Source: a virus
Lineage: Duplodnaviria > Caudoviricetes
DNA: 64,000 bases
Strand: one strand, 5' to 3'
Virus record (IMG/VR): IMGVR_UViG_3300036647_000024
Span: 4,985 to 68,984 of that record
The notes beneath the pieces are model-generated. The model saw nothing but the letters and a program-made list of their open reading frames with translations, was not told the DNA's origin and ran no database searches. Positions 1 to 10,047 of this stretch are shown piece by piece. The translations under genes and the position numbers were made by a program. How positions within the stretch are numbered: position 1 is the first letter of the stretch; every line of letters starts with the position of its first letter.

Positions 1-34
1 TTTAATGTAAAGATGTAGGTCTTTATTGATTAGC

Positions 35-598
35 TTAGTTTCTCCACTCAATTCCTTCTTCTCCTAACTTAGAAAAAATTTCTGCAATTAATTTACTATG
101 TTTGACAGCATCAATATTAAAAGTAAGAATTCTTTTATTTATAGAAGCTTTAACTGGGTCTGCATTTTTTTCTAATCTTGGAATAGTAAATTTCTGTTGT
201 TGTTGCTGTTCTTGTCTCCATCTTCTTAGTGTAGATTGAGCCATTCTAAGTTCTTTCATTATCTCACTTATGTTTTTTCCATAGCTTTCTTCTTGTTCAA
301 TATACTGAAAGATCAGTTCTTTACATTCCTTGCTTATGTGGGAACATTTTCTGTTTTTAACTTCTAAGACATGTTCTAGTTTAACCATTCTCTTATCCTT
401 TTTAATGTTAGAAAAAACTTTTTTGTTGGTTTCAAATAAAATGTAACTATTAGCAATCTGCTGTTTTTTAAATGACTCTACAGCTTTTTCTGGATCTGGA
501 CCAGATAGTCCAAGAACTATTCCATTAGTTTTTGGTAAGTCTTTTGTGAGTAACTCTTGTATGATTCTCTTTTTAATAGCTTTTTTATATGGAAACAT
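35..598 (-). CDS. hypothetical protein with C-terminal HTH-like segment
   Basis: 187-aa ORF; ISEIMKELRMAQSTLRRWR resembles a helix-turn-helix. Confidence 0.55.
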   Translation of the reverse strand: MFPYKKAIKKRIIQELLTKDLPKTNGIVLGLSGPDPEKAVESFKKQQIANSYILFETNKKVFSNIKKDKRMVKLEHVLEVKNRKCSHISKECKELIFQYIEQEESYGKNISEIMKELRMAQSTLRRWRQEQQQQQKFTIPRLEKNADPVKASINKRILTFNIDAVKHSKLIAEIFSKLGEEGIEWRN

Positions 599-599
599 T

Positions 600-1412
600 T
601 TATACTAACTCTAGATCTAAGCCAGTAATTTCTTTAAATGCTATTTTTGCATTTTCTGTCTGGAACTCTGGAAATTCTTTAATAGTATCAAGTACTTCTT
701 TAGGACAAGATTTCCAGGCTTTTTTATAAGATTTATTTTCTAAAGAAAACCATGACATATTAAAACTAATTTTTTCATAAGAACTTTTAGAGACTTCTTG
801 GTCAAAAAGAAAATATTTTGTTTGTCTACAAAATTTATTTAGATATCCATTTCCAGAATTATAAAATCCAGAATTATTATGTCCAGAATTAAAATATCCA
901 GAATTATTACTTCCAGAGTTATAATTTCCAGAGTTGTAATATCCAGAATTATAATTTCCAGAATTATAATTTCCAGAATTCAATTTTCCAGAATTATAGG
1001 ATCCAGAATTATAATTTCCAGAATTACAATCTCCAGAATTACGGAATCCAGAGTTTCTCCATCCAGAATTATCATTTTCTTTGATCAGTTTTTCCCATTC
1101 TTTCTTCGGGATATACTGTAACACCTTGAATTTATTAGTACATCTCTTATATGTATCAAATACTACTTCTCCTAAAACTTCGATTTCTATAAATACTGTT
1201 TCTTCTTCAAATAGATTAATTCCAAAACATAAGTCTTCTTTTCTAAAATAATGAAATCCATACTCACAGAGTTCTAGTTTTTCAGGATCTGGAAGTTCAT
1301 AAGTTTCTCCAGTCTTGAATTCTGTATATTTTGATCCACCGATTCCACCTGTGGAGAATAAGTTATTGTAATCATTAACTTTTCTACAAGCTTTTACAGC
1401 TATTTCGTTCAT
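600..1412 (-). CDS. phage protein with NSGxx pentapeptide-type repeats
   Basis: N-terminal ELCEYGFHY domain typical of phage DUF7666-like proteins, followed by about 15 tandem NSGxx repeats. Confidence 0.7.
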   Translation of the reverse strand: MNEIAVKACRKVNDYNNLFSTGGIGGSKYTEFKTGETYELPDPEKLELCEYGFHYFRKEDLCFGINLFEEETVFIEIEVLGEVVFDTYKRCTNKFKVLQYIPKKEWEKLIKENDNSGWRNSGFRNSGDCNSGNYNSGSYNSGKLNSGNYNSGNYNSGYYNSGNYNSGSNNSGYFNSGHNNSGFYNSGNGYLNKFCRQTKYFLFDQEVSKSSYEKISFNMSWFSLENKSYKKAWKSCPKEVLDTIKEFPEFQTENAKIAFKEITGLDLELV

Positions 1413-1668
1413 CTCTTTTCTCCTATTCTATTCTGAACGCTCCAAACTTTGAGGTTAAAAAGTTTTAGTTTTTATTAATCATTCTTCCTCATACTGAATA
1501 TATATTCTTGGACATTCTTTTGTTCTTATAGATGTTTGTTTTCTGTATTTACGATTTATTTCATCACATTGATATAAAGTAAATATAAAAGCTAGCAGGA
1601 ATACATACATAAGAATATTACTTATAAGGCAATTATTGTCATTCATTAGTCTTTCTTTCTTAAGTTAT

Positions 1669-2520
1669 CTAGGATGTTAGTGTTAGTTTAGAAAGCTTTG
1701 TTTTTAGTTGTCTACATTTTAATAAGTCTTCAGTAATTTTATTTTCATGAGCTTGTATTGTTCTTTTAGAACTCTCAATCGCTGATTCTGTACGTAGTAT
1801 TTCTCTATTTATTTGTTCAATTACTTTATCTTTATCTAGTATAATCTCATATTTTTCTGCACTTATAACATCATTGCTGCTAAATTGTTTGCGAGTTTTC
1901 ATATATTCTGTAAGTTTCTCTCTTGCTTCTTCTATTGTATTACAGAAGAATACTTCTTTATTATAGCCAGATCCATCTGAATATTCTCCAATTTTGAAGG
2001 TCATACTTCCATCGTCTTGGCCAAATAGAGTAATTAATTTAAGTCCTTTATCATACTGACTAGGATTATTAAGGAAGTATTCTTCAAAATCAGTTATCTT
2101 TGGACCATGATGATAATCGTATTCTGCTATGTATTTAACTTTCCCGCAAAGGATATTTGCTGCACGTTCGATTACGTCTTTTTCAATTTTTGTGGCTGCT
2201 CGTGATATATAACTAATTCTTGAATTAAGTGCTTGTTGCTCTCTCGTAAGTCGATCTCGCGCATTCTTGATATAAGTTTCTAGGTTTTCTCTTTCCTTTT
2301 CCCATCGCTTTTGTAGTTGTATTTTACGTTTCTGTTCATATGACAAGACAGGTTCGTCATATAATGATGATAGTTTACAGACAAAACTATCTCCAAATAA
2401 GATTTCTTTTCTCCCGGAAGTTCTTACTTCTTGGGCTACTACTTGTTCTTGGTCTATATTATATATAATTCGTACTTTCTTATTATCTTCCGTATATTTG
2501 TCTTTTGTTGTCTCTACCAT
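1669..2520 (-). CDS. hypothetical coiled-coil phage protein
   Basis: 283-aa ORF in the minus-strand gene run. Confidence 0.7.
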   Translation of the reverse strand: MVETTKDKYTEDNKKVRIIYNIDQEQVVAQEVRTSGRKEILFGDSFVCKLSSLYDEPVLSYEQKRKIQLQKRWEKERENLETYIKNARDRLTREQQALNSRISYISRAATKIEKDVIERAANILCGKVKYIAEYDYHHGPKITDFEEYFLNNPSQYDKGLKLITLFGQDDGSMTFKIGEYSDGSGYNKEVFFCNTIEEAREKLTEYMKTRKQFSSNDVISAEKYEIILDKDKVIEQINREILRTESAIESSKRTIQAHENKITEDLLKCRQLKTKLSKLTLTS

Positions 2521-2846
2521 TCTAATATCTCCATTAAATAGTTGTCGTTTATATCTGCAAATCCCTTAGGCCACTCATTTAACCGTCCTGTTTTGTCACA
2601 GGAAATATCTATACCTTTATATTTAAATATTAATTCTTCTGGTTTAAGGATATGTCTGGTTATTCTAATTCTTAATGCATTTACTTCTGTATAGGAAGAT
2701 ATTGCAACGTGGTAATCAGATTTTGATTTTTTTAATTCCTTAACAACTTTATCTGCCCATGCTTCAATATGATCATCTGATTCTGGTTGGTGAAAATGAT
2801 ACCAATCTGCTACTATCTTTTTCATTTTATTCTCTTCCTCTTTCAA
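2514..2846 (-). CDS. hypothetical protein
   Basis: 110-aa ORF overlapping both neighbours; the true start may be the second Met. Confidence 0.6.
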   Translation of the reverse strand: MKEEENKMKKIVADWYHFHQPESDDHIEAWADKVVKELKKSKSDYHVAISSYTEVNALRIRITRHILKPEELIFKYKGIDISCDKTGRLNEWPKGFADINDNYLMEILEW

Positions 2847-3207
2847 TTAGATCTTGGAACTCATGGATAAGGCTTTTAGATCTTTCTATTGATTGGCTCC
2901 AGTTCTTTAAATCCCCTCTCATTTCACTTAGTCCTGCTTCTAGGGAATCTATTGCTTCTTCGAATGTTTTAGTATCTTCAAGCCAATCAAATTCTCCTTT
3001 GTATATGTGTGCATATTCAGATGGAGATTTAGCATTACTTGGCCATTCTAGAATACATTCGTCTGCAGAGCAAACAACAAATCCTCCATTAACATCTATT
3101 CTTTTATAATATTCACATCGCTGGCAAACTTGTGGTGTTACAATTGGATAATGTTTCTCGTCCAGTGGGCACTTGAATGTATTCCCTTTAAAATGTATTC
3201 GTTTCAT
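2827..3207 (-). CDS. CPY-family Cys4 protein with coiled-coil tail
   Basis: CPL..CQRCEYY..VVCSADE matches the paralog family. Confidence 0.65.
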   Translation of the reverse strand: MKRIHFKGNTFKCPLDEKHYPIVTPQVCQRCEYYKRIDVNGGFVVCSADECILEWPSNAKSPSEYAHIYKGEFDWLEDTKTFEEAIDSLEAGLSEMRGDLKNWSQSIERSKSLIHEFQDLIERGRE

Positions 3208-3208
3208 T

Positions 3209-3676
3209 TTAAATATATTTTAGTCCTTCAAGGAGAGAATATACTTCTGGGTGAAGGGTTTCTTTGGTAAGATTTGTTTCAGTAAGATTTTTAATATCCG
3301 GCCAACCAAGAGAATTAGTTGTAGTAATAGTAATCTGCCTATTATTTCTTTCTATACGGCATGGAGCTACATATTCAAATCCTCTGCTTGCTCTAAGGAT
3401 AGGAACAATACATCCTTTAAATAAGCATGCACGAATACCAAATCCACTAGATAAATCATATTGTTTATTAAATACAGAATATTGTTGGCCGATTAGAAAA
3501 ACCTCTTCTCCATTTGTAGGAATTTGATCTTCTCTTCTTGGAGCAAGAAGCATTACATAATTTTTAAGTTGTTCTCCTTCTTTTCGAATGAGTTCAGGAG
3601 GAATATATGTTCCTATATTGTATACTTGATTGTTATTTATAATAGATACAGATTTAGGATAAATCTTTTCAGACAT
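3209..3676 (-). CDS. hypothetical protein
   Basis: 155-aa ORF abutting its neighbours. Confidence 0.65.
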   Translation of the reverse strand: MSEKIYPKSVSIINNNQVYNIGTYIPPELIRKEGEQLKNYVMLLAPRREDQIPTNGEEVFLIGQQYSVFNKQYDLSSGFGIRACLFKGCIVPILRASRGFEYVAPCRIERNNRQITITTTNSLGWPDIKNLTETNLTKETLHPEVYSLLEGLKYI

Positions 3677-3688
3677 TTATTTACCTCT

Positions 3689-3871
3689 CTATATTGGTGG
3701 TTTATTACATATAAAGGTATGATTATCTTTTTCGACACAAGTATATGGAGCGTTAATATATTTATTAACTTTGTGACCAAAATCATATGCTATCTTAGTT
3801 ATAATTATTAGGCCAATAAATTGAGCTATTATAATTATAATAGATCTAATGTTGGTTTTATTAATTTTCAT
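3689..3871 (-). CDS. small membrane protein
   Basis: N-terminal hydrophobic helix and two Cys. Confidence 0.55.
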   Translation of the reverse strand: MKINKTNIRSIIIIIAQFIGLIIITKIAYDFGHKVNKYINAPYTCVEKDNHTFICNKPPI

Positions 3872-3897
3872 TCTTTGCCTCTAATTACTAGTTGTGT

Positions 3898-4116
3898 CTA
3901 ATAATACTTTATTTCATGAATGCTTTTATCTTTGCAGACGACAAAGTATTTATCTTTTTCAGAATAAGTGGTAGACACTTTTGCTTCTTGACAGATATTT
4001 GCAGAAGCTCCAGCGCGGCGCTCAAACTCAGTTGGATATACATAAAGAAGTATTAGTGCTCCTATTATTACTCCAACAAGAAAATTTGTAATTATGTTTT
4101 CAATATTATCATTCAT
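3898..4116 (-). CDS. small membrane protein, paralog of 4126-4347
   Basis: TM helix; C-terminus YFVVCKDKSIHEI. Confidence 0.6.
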   Translation of the reverse strand: MNDNIENIITNFLVGVIIGALILLYVYPTEFERRAGASANICQEAKVSTTYSEKDKYFVVCKDKSIHEIKYY

Positions 4117-4125
4117 TGTTCTTCC

Positions 4126-4347
4126 TTATTTCTCCTTTTGTATTTCATGAATAGTCTTATCTTCACATAAGACATATTCTTGATTGTCTTTATAATAAGT
4201 AGAAAGGTATTTTCCATTACAGATAGTTATGGCTACTCCATCTTTATAACCTTCCTTATAACCTGCATAATTGCCTCCAATTATAAGAAGTATTATGATA
4301 ATAATAGAAAATATTATAGAAACTGATTCATTCATTATTTCCTCCAT
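4126..4347 (-). CDS. small membrane protein, paralog of 3898-4116
   Basis: TM helix; C-terminus YVLCEDKTIHEI. Confidence 0.6.
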   Translation of the reverse strand: MEEIMNESVSIIFSIIIIILLIIGGNYAGYKEGYKDGVAITICNGKYLSTYYKDNQEYVLCEDKTIHEIQKEK

Positions 4348-6250
4348 AGTTTTCTATAAGTTCTTGTAATGTTTTAGGAACGAGTTGCTCATCTTTATAT
4401 TCATGAACAACAATCTTCTTTCTGCAATTATCGCAATACAAGAACAGGTAACCTTTTCCATCTTCCTGAGTTTTAATAAATCTTGGTTTGCCAGTTACCA
4501 TGGAGATGCATCTTTCTTTATTATGAATATGTGGGCAAGATACAGATATTTCAGGTAAAGAAGTAGTTTCTCCATCATTTCCTTCAGTAGTAGTAGATAT
4601 GTCAAGAATCTTTTCATACTGTTTTTGAAAGTGTTTGTTAGCAAGATTTACAGTATCTTTAAGTTTCTGTTCTTCTTTAATAGAAAGATAGTCTATTGGG
4701 GCCTTCTCAAACTGATAACTTTTATTTCCCTTTCTGTTATAAATCCAGGTATTAAAGAGTTTAATATCATGCATATCACGCATTTTAAGAAATGCTCTAT
4801 TAATAGTGGCAACTTTATTTTTCTCTTCTTCGCTTCTTTCAGAAGTCTTATCAAGTTTAAATCTGTGTTTTACTACATCAATAGCCCAGAAAATTGCGCT
4901 CCATTGTGCTTTTGTCATGGATAGTTCTAGAAAAGCTTTAGAACGATGCTTTAGCCATATAGAAGCAGGATAATCTTGATCAGAGATAAGATTAGTTCCT
5001 CTATCAAAGTATGCAAATAAAGTTCTACGGATTAGTTCTTCATCTTTACCAATTTGTCTGAGATAATTTAGCATCTGTCTTCGCTGAATATTGAATTGAG
5101 ATTCTTCAGTAACATTTCCTTGATCGTCTACTCTATCTTTAATAGTCCAATCATTAATGATTTGTCTATCTTGCATATAATGCTCTCGGAGATCGCCATA
5201 ATAACCACCACCTCGCATCATTTCTCCAAACTTTTCAGGATCAGGATTTGGAACTAAATCTCCATATAGATCATCCATACTTTTGGAGCTTAGGATTTTC
5301 TTAAATCCACTATTAAAGAATTGTTTTCTTTCGTCTGCGCGTTCTACTAAATCAGAACTAAATTCACCAGGAATAAAATTATACTGTTTCTTTGGTGGAA
5401 TATATTTAAATGCATGAAATGGAGAATCTATCTTTCCTACACATTCATGATAGATTATACTATCAATAGATTCTTCAACTTGTTTTCGAAGCTCTGCTAT
5501 ATCGTCCTTGTCTTTTATAGATTGAATGGCATTTTCATATTGAGTAACGATTTCACTTACTTGTGACATCGTCTCTTCGGATAGTATTGGTAATTTCATT
5601 TCAGGGTTTCTGTAGTCTATATTTGTAAGATCTTCTTCACTTTCATAGAGTTCCTCTTCTTCTTGAATATTATCTTCAAAAGTTCCTTTATGTTCAGGAG
5701 AATATCCAATATTTGAAGGATCAATGGTTGTTCTAGTAAGTGGCGAAACATCAATAATAGTATTGTTTGTTTCATATGTATCCATTATGTCTCTGTAAGA
5801 TTGGTCGTAGTTAAGAAGATTTGCATCTTCAATAAATATCCTAGTTGCAAAATGAACTTTGGATTTAGGATCACTATGAAGATCTTCTCCGTCGATCCCC
5901 CAATTGCCATTAATTTTAACTTGATCTTCTAGATCAATTGCTTTAAATAATTTATTACTGGCAATATACCAAGTTTCTGCATCTTCAAAGATTTGTCTTA
6001 TAGATTGAGGAAATTGATCTATTTTATCGGAATGACGTCCATAACTAATTTCTTTTTGGGCTTCAGTAATCATTTGAACTTCAGGATTTGGAGAAAACTG
6101 GCTGAAGGGTTCGGAAATATCGGAAATATGTTTCCGGAGTGGCGGCATAATATATTCTTTTCCATTAGTCTTGTTAACAACATAATCCTTGACTACTTTG
6201 TCAGTTTTAGTCCATCCATCAGTTGTCCATTTGATTATTCGCCTCTGCAT
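4328..6250 (-). CDS. large hypothetical protein with C-terminal Cys motifs
   Basis: Long ORF; start placed at the ATG behind an AAGGAG SD (the track extends it to 6304); C-terminal CPH..C..CDNC. Confidence 0.75.
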   Translation of the reverse strand: MQRRIIKWTTDGWTKTDKVVKDYVVNKTNGKEYIMPPLRKHISDISEPFSQFSPNPEVQMITEAQKEISYGRHSDKIDQFPQSIRQIFEDAETWYIASNKLFKAIDLEDQVKINGNWGIDGEDLHSDPKSKVHFATRIFIEDANLLNYDQSYRDIMDTYETNNTIIDVSPLTRTTIDPSNIGYSPEHKGTFEDNIQEEEELYESEEDLTNIDYRNPEMKLPILSEETMSQVSEIVTQYENAIQSIKDKDDIAELRKQVEESIDSIIYHECVGKIDSPFHAFKYIPPKKQYNFIPGEFSSDLVERADERKQFFNSGFKKILSSKSMDDLYGDLVPNPDPEKFGEMMRGGGYYGDLREHYMQDRQIINDWTIKDRVDDQGNVTEESQFNIQRRQMLNYLRQIGKDEELIRRTLFAYFDRGTNLISDQDYPASIWLKHRSKAFLELSMTKAQWSAIFWAIDVVKHRFKLDKTSERSEEEKNKVATINRAFLKMRDMHDIKLFNTWIYNRKGNKSYQFEKAPIDYLSIKEEQKLKDTVNLANKHFQKQYEKILDISTTTEGNDGETTSLPEISVSCPHIHNKERCISMVTGKPRFIKTQEDGKGYLFLYCDNCRKKIVVHEYKDEQLVPKTLQELIENYGGNNE

Positions 6251-6487
6251 TGCCTTCTCCTTTGTTGGATTTTTTGAAGTAAATTCATAATATAAAAGGT
6301 GCATAAGCCTCCAGCGCAGCTTATGCTAATTGCTAATGTAAGGGATTTTTTTCTGGGGAGGAACTTACTTTGTTACATGTACTAGCGTTCGCCTCTCGAC
6401 TCGGTTACTAGTTTTCGATGTTGCTTTCAGTGTCGCCCATTTTAATATTACATATGTCTTTCGACTTACAGCTGTTAGGTCTTTTCG

Positions 6488-7126
6488 CTACAGAGGAGGT
6501 TGATCAAGAACTTCTTCGGAAGATGATTGGTTTTGATCAGAGGATGAGTGGTTTTGAGTAGTTTCATTCGTTTGCATAGGCAAATAATGGGGTTCAGCCC
6601 ATCGAAGCCACTCATCATTGACCATATTCAAGAAAGTTTCTTCATCAGTGATCTCTCCAGCAAGAATACGGTTAGATATTTTTGGAAAGAGTTCTGCCTT
6701 CTTAATATTTGAGACAAGAGACTTTCCTTCACTTGCAACATCATTGTCGCGCAGACCTAGTCGATCTGCATAAATTACCATATTCTTGTATGTTACTATC
6801 TTGCCATCTACCTCAGTAGTATTTGGGTGACAATCAATTGTTCCCCACGCCTGAAGAGACCTTCCACCGTAGAGTGAAGCAAACAATCTCTTAAAGGTAG
6901 GTGTAACCCTCATAACAACTCTAATAGGCTCAGATTCGTTTCCAGGAGGCCTGTAAGCATGAGGTCTTGATCTATCAGGGGAAGTGTATCCCTTGAAAGT
7001 AATCATCTGTCCAGTGACAGTTGAACCATCCTGCTTCTTAAATACAGCATCTGTGAGTCGGGGCCACATGTTAGGCTTTTCACCAATTTTTACAATTGCA
7101 CTACCATAAATATCCATTTCTTTCAC
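6488..7126 (-). CDS. putative OB-fold ssDNA-binding-like protein
   Basis: 212 aa with a beta-rich core and a low-complexity acidic tail ending DQPPL; function inferred. Confidence 0.4.
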   Translation of the reverse strand: MKEMDIYGSAIVKIGEKPNMWPRLTDAVFKKQDGSTVTGQMITFKGYTSPDRSRPHAYRPPGNESEPIRVVMRVTPTFKRLFASLYGGRSLQAWGTIDCHPNTTEVDGKIVTYKNMVIYADRLGLRDNDVASEGKSLVSNIKKAELFPKISNRILAGEITDEETFLNMVNDEWLRWAEPHYLPMQTNETTQNHSSSDQNQSSSEEVLDQPPL

Positions 7127-7291
7127 ATTCCTTTCATTTTTGGCACTTTGCCATTACTTGTGGTATATTAGTTTAACCACATTTTATAAACACAAGAAAA
7201 TAAACAAGAAACTAAAGATTAACAGCTATTGTAAGATATATAATCTACTAGTTCTTTATAAAATTTATCTCTGTTTAAGATAACGGAATCT

Positions 7292-7591
7292 TTAATAACT
7301 TGTTTTTTCTACAATTGTATCTGCTACATTATCTAGATTAAGCAAGATAAGGGTTGTTAATACAATAAACATCCATACTGTAATGGAAAAACTTGTTGGC
7401 AACAGCAATCCTCCTACGGGAATTCCAACGATAAATAAAGTTCCAGCGTAGAGAATACTATCAAAGTTTAGCATGTACTGATTATTTGGATATTTAATCT
7501 TTTGAATGCCAAACAAAGCCATTCCAATATCCTTCAAGGCTCGCATAAAATTAGAGACTTTATGTGCTAACCTGTGGAGAAAACTCAACAT
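7292..7591 (-). CDS. membrane protein
   Basis: Two hydrophobic segments. Confidence 0.6.
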   Translation of the reverse strand: MLSFLHRLAHKVSNFMRALKDIGMALFGIQKIKYPNNQYMLNFDSILYAGTLFIVGIPVGGLLLPTSFSITVWMFIVLTTLILLNLDNVADTIVEKTSY

Positions 7592-7787
7592 TACTTACCT
7601 CCGGTATTTTAGTCATTGCTCCAACTGCAATTATTACAGATGGGATTACAACAACTAGAGCAACTACTAATACCATAGCAGATAAAACAACTTGGCTAGT
7701 AATTTTAGTTGTTGAAAAAAGTATATTCTTGATTGCAAAAAGCAATCTTTTACCATGATTGAAGATATTAATTAGTTTTTGTTTCAT
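7560..7787 (-). CDS. membrane protein
   Basis: Hydrophobic helix VVLSAMVLVVALVVVIPSVIIAV. Confidence 0.55.
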   Translation of the reverse strand: MKQKLINIFNHGKRLLFAIKNILFSTTKITSQVVLSAMVLVVALVVVIPSVIIAVGAMTKIPEVSNVEFSPQVST

Positions 7788-8191
7788 AATACTCCTTGAG
7801 TTTTTACTTGTATTGCACGCATCTTAATAATTCTTTTTGCTTCCATGTGTTGCTGATCCCAGGTCATTTCATGTTTGCCTGCAAGTTTATCAGCTGCAAA
7901 ATCTGCTCTTAGTTCATCATATAATAGTCTACTTCTTCCTCCTCCCCACATTTCAGTACTTTTACCTTCATATTCAGGTAAATTATGATCATTTAAATCT
8001 TGTCTATATTGGTGTGCTGCTTTTACTGCTTTCTTCGCCTCTAGCGGATTTCTTAGATCATATGTATCTCCGTTCATTTCAAGTTTTTCATAACGTCTTG
8101 GGGGAATAGTTAAATCTATTCCTTCATAATGGTCATCATCTCCATCATCTGTGTCTGGAGCATTTCCATGATCAAGGATAAAATCTAACAT
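7784..8191 (-). CDS. hypothetical protein with acidic N-terminus
   Basis: 135-aa ORF overlapping the next start. Confidence 0.6.
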   Translation of the reverse strand: MLDFILDHGNAPDTDDGDDDHYEGIDLTIPPRRYEKLEMNGDTYDLRNPLEAKKAVKAAHQYRQDLNDHNLPEYEGKSTEMWGGGRSRLLYDELRADFAADKLAGKHEMTWDQQHMEAKRIIKMRAIQVKTQGVL

Positions 8192-8396
8192 GCTAATTCA
8201 GGTTGTCTTGATAAATAACAGAAGTTAGCAAATCTTTTATAAAGGCTGATTCCCATCATTAAACCAAAACCAGAGATTGCTGCCCAAAGTACTGATAATA
8301 GAATATGTCCACAAGTAGCTAAGATCGTTGCAATAATTGTCATATAACCTCCTTTAGTTGTATAAATAAAATATTCTACTAAATGTTTTGTTTTTA

Positions 8397-8951
8397 TTAT
8401 TCATTTGGATGAATAGTAACTGATGCTTTTCCTGCTCTAGTTACAGTATTTGTGTCATAGTCTACTTTTACTGGATAAGGATAAGTAGTAACTAATGTTT
8501 CTACATAATGAGGTTCAATTGCTCCAGAAGGCCCAATACACATTACCCAAGTTGCTGATGTATTTGTGCTTGCAAAAATGCCATTTGGTTCTGCTTGTCC
8601 AACGACAACAGCTTCATGCTCAGCAATTCCCTTTATCCATTCTCCCATTAGAGGATTAGTAAGGCTTGTATCATAGGGAAGACCATATCCCATTGAAGGA
8701 CAATCGTATTCGATCTTTCCATCTCTAGATCGCCATACTGTATGAGTGGCTACTTGCTGATTTCTGATATTGTAGAGTTGAATCAGCAAATCTCTTTCGA
8801 GAGAATAGTTATATCCTGGAACTGGTTGAGCCTTTGCATATTGATCTTGTTGTCTTGCAACAGCTTGTTTTTCTGCTTGATTAGCAGACGGCGTCGGCCG
8901 GACGCAGCCAAGCAAACTAATACACATAATTATAGGAATAATAAACTTCAT
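8397..8951 (-). CDS. lipoprotein
   Basis: Signal peptide with lipobox LLG|C. Confidence 0.7.
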   Translation of the reverse strand: MKFIIPIIMCISLLGCVRPTPSANQAEKQAVARQQDQYAKAQPVPGYNYSLERDLLIQLYNIRNQQVATHTVWRSRDGKIEYDCPSMGYGLPYDTSLTNPLMGEWIKGIAEHEAVVVGQAEPNGIFASTNTSATWVMCIGPSGAIEPHYVETLVTTYPYPVKVDYDTNTVTRAGKASVTIHPNE

Positions 8952-9266
8952 TTAATTTCTCCTTTCAAGAGCATTTAGTTGTACTTCAATTCCGTCAAGC
9001 TGAGATTGAAGTATTGCTTTTTCTTCTTCTTTAATTGCTGGAGATCTGAGCTTTGATTGAATCATTGCTTTTTCTGACTGTAGCATAGCTTCTTTGTCTT
9101 TTTGGCCCGCTGAATATTGATAACTATTTTCAAAAACCTTTCTTTCTACGACTGTATTTCCAAGAATTCCTAGGTAATTAAGTCCAGTAAAGATGATTGT
9201 TGAGATGATCAATAACCCAATAACTAGCATGAACCATCTGCTAAATTCCTTTTTGTAATTATCCAT
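8952..9266 (-). CDS. membrane-anchored coiled-coil protein
   Basis: N-terminal TM helix; abuts the lipoprotein gene. Confidence 0.65.
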   Translation of the reverse strand: MDNYKKEFSRWFMLVIGLLIISTIIFTGLNYLGILGNTVVERKVFENSYQYSAGQKDKEAMLQSEKAMIQSKLRSPAIKEEEKAILQSQLDGIEVQLNALERRN

Positions 9267-9296
9267 TCTTTCTCCTTTGTTGTTTAGGGGTGTTGG

Positions 9297-9515
9297 CTAG
9301 TATCCTCTACCACCTCCACCAAGATAAGAGCAAATCATCCCGCCCATGTTCGATGCCATATGACAAGGCTGATTAAACCCACAAACAGGACATGCAATAT
9401 GCCAAGTTGGAGGGTATGTATTATTTATTTTTAATTCGTCTCTCTTTGCACTAAGTACCGAACCGCATTCCCGACACTGAATCTCGATTCTTCCTTCCGA
9501 GATTACCTGTACCAT
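9297..9515 (-). CDS. zinc-ribbon miniprotein
   Basis: CRECG...CPVCG. Confidence 0.55.
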   Translation of the reverse strand: MVQVISEGRIEIQCRECGSVLSAKRDELKINNTYPPTWHIACPVCGFNQPCHMASNMGGMICSYLGGGGRGY

Positions 9516-9683
9516 TTCTCAGCCCTTTCTATAAGAAGGATTTTGGTTTTTTCTAATAATAGTTTTACCTATCTATTCTTTTCCCTTTATTTAATAAAAT
9601 TAGGGCTAGATAAAATTGTTAAATATTTAGTTAAGTGGCCCGTACGACAAATCAACTGAATATCTTAACTATCTAGCCCTTAG

Positions 9684-9755
9684 TAGGCCGTAGGAGAGTC
9701 GAACTCCTGTGACTGGATCGAAAATCCAGTATCCTGACCACTAGATGAACGGCCC
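9684..9755 (-). tRNA. trnE: tRNA-Glu(UUC)
   Basis: Cloverleaf: acceptor GGGCCGT/ACGGCCT, anticodon arm CTGGA-TTTTCGA-TCCAG, T-loop GTTCGACTC; followed by CTA. Confidence 0.92.
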
Positions 9756-9967
9756 ATAAAAACTATATAGATTTGAAGAGCTTATTTTTTTAAAGATAAC
9801 GGTACCATTATCTTCCTGGCTGCTCTTAAACCGACCAGAAGTATTAGTAGGTCTTATCTATATAGTATTAGTACAGGTGGTGGGATTCGAACCCACATCC
9901 CTTTACAGGGAGCAGATTTTCTTACCACTACAACTTTCGCTGCTGTACTTAAAATACATTTGTGGTC

Positions 9968-9996
9968 TGGACTTTCTCTTTACCATATACTATAAT
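9968..9996 (+). promoter_or_regulatory. sigma70-like promoter for the intron-borne HNH gene
   Basis: TGGACT-N17-TATAAT, about 50 nt upstream of the HNH ATG. Confidence 0.65.
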
Positions 9997-10047
9997 AGTA
10001 CTTAGGTACAGGCCGTAAAGTCTCTACACTTTCAATAGGAGAAAACT

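Noticed and set aside
850-1075. Possible CRISPR array from regular repeats here and at 26260-26600
   Set aside because: 15-nt coding repeats without unique spacers; no CRISPR array was found in the window.
879-1121. Plus-strand SRIII-repeat ORF
   Set aside because: Antisense shadow of the NSGxx repeat in 600-1412.
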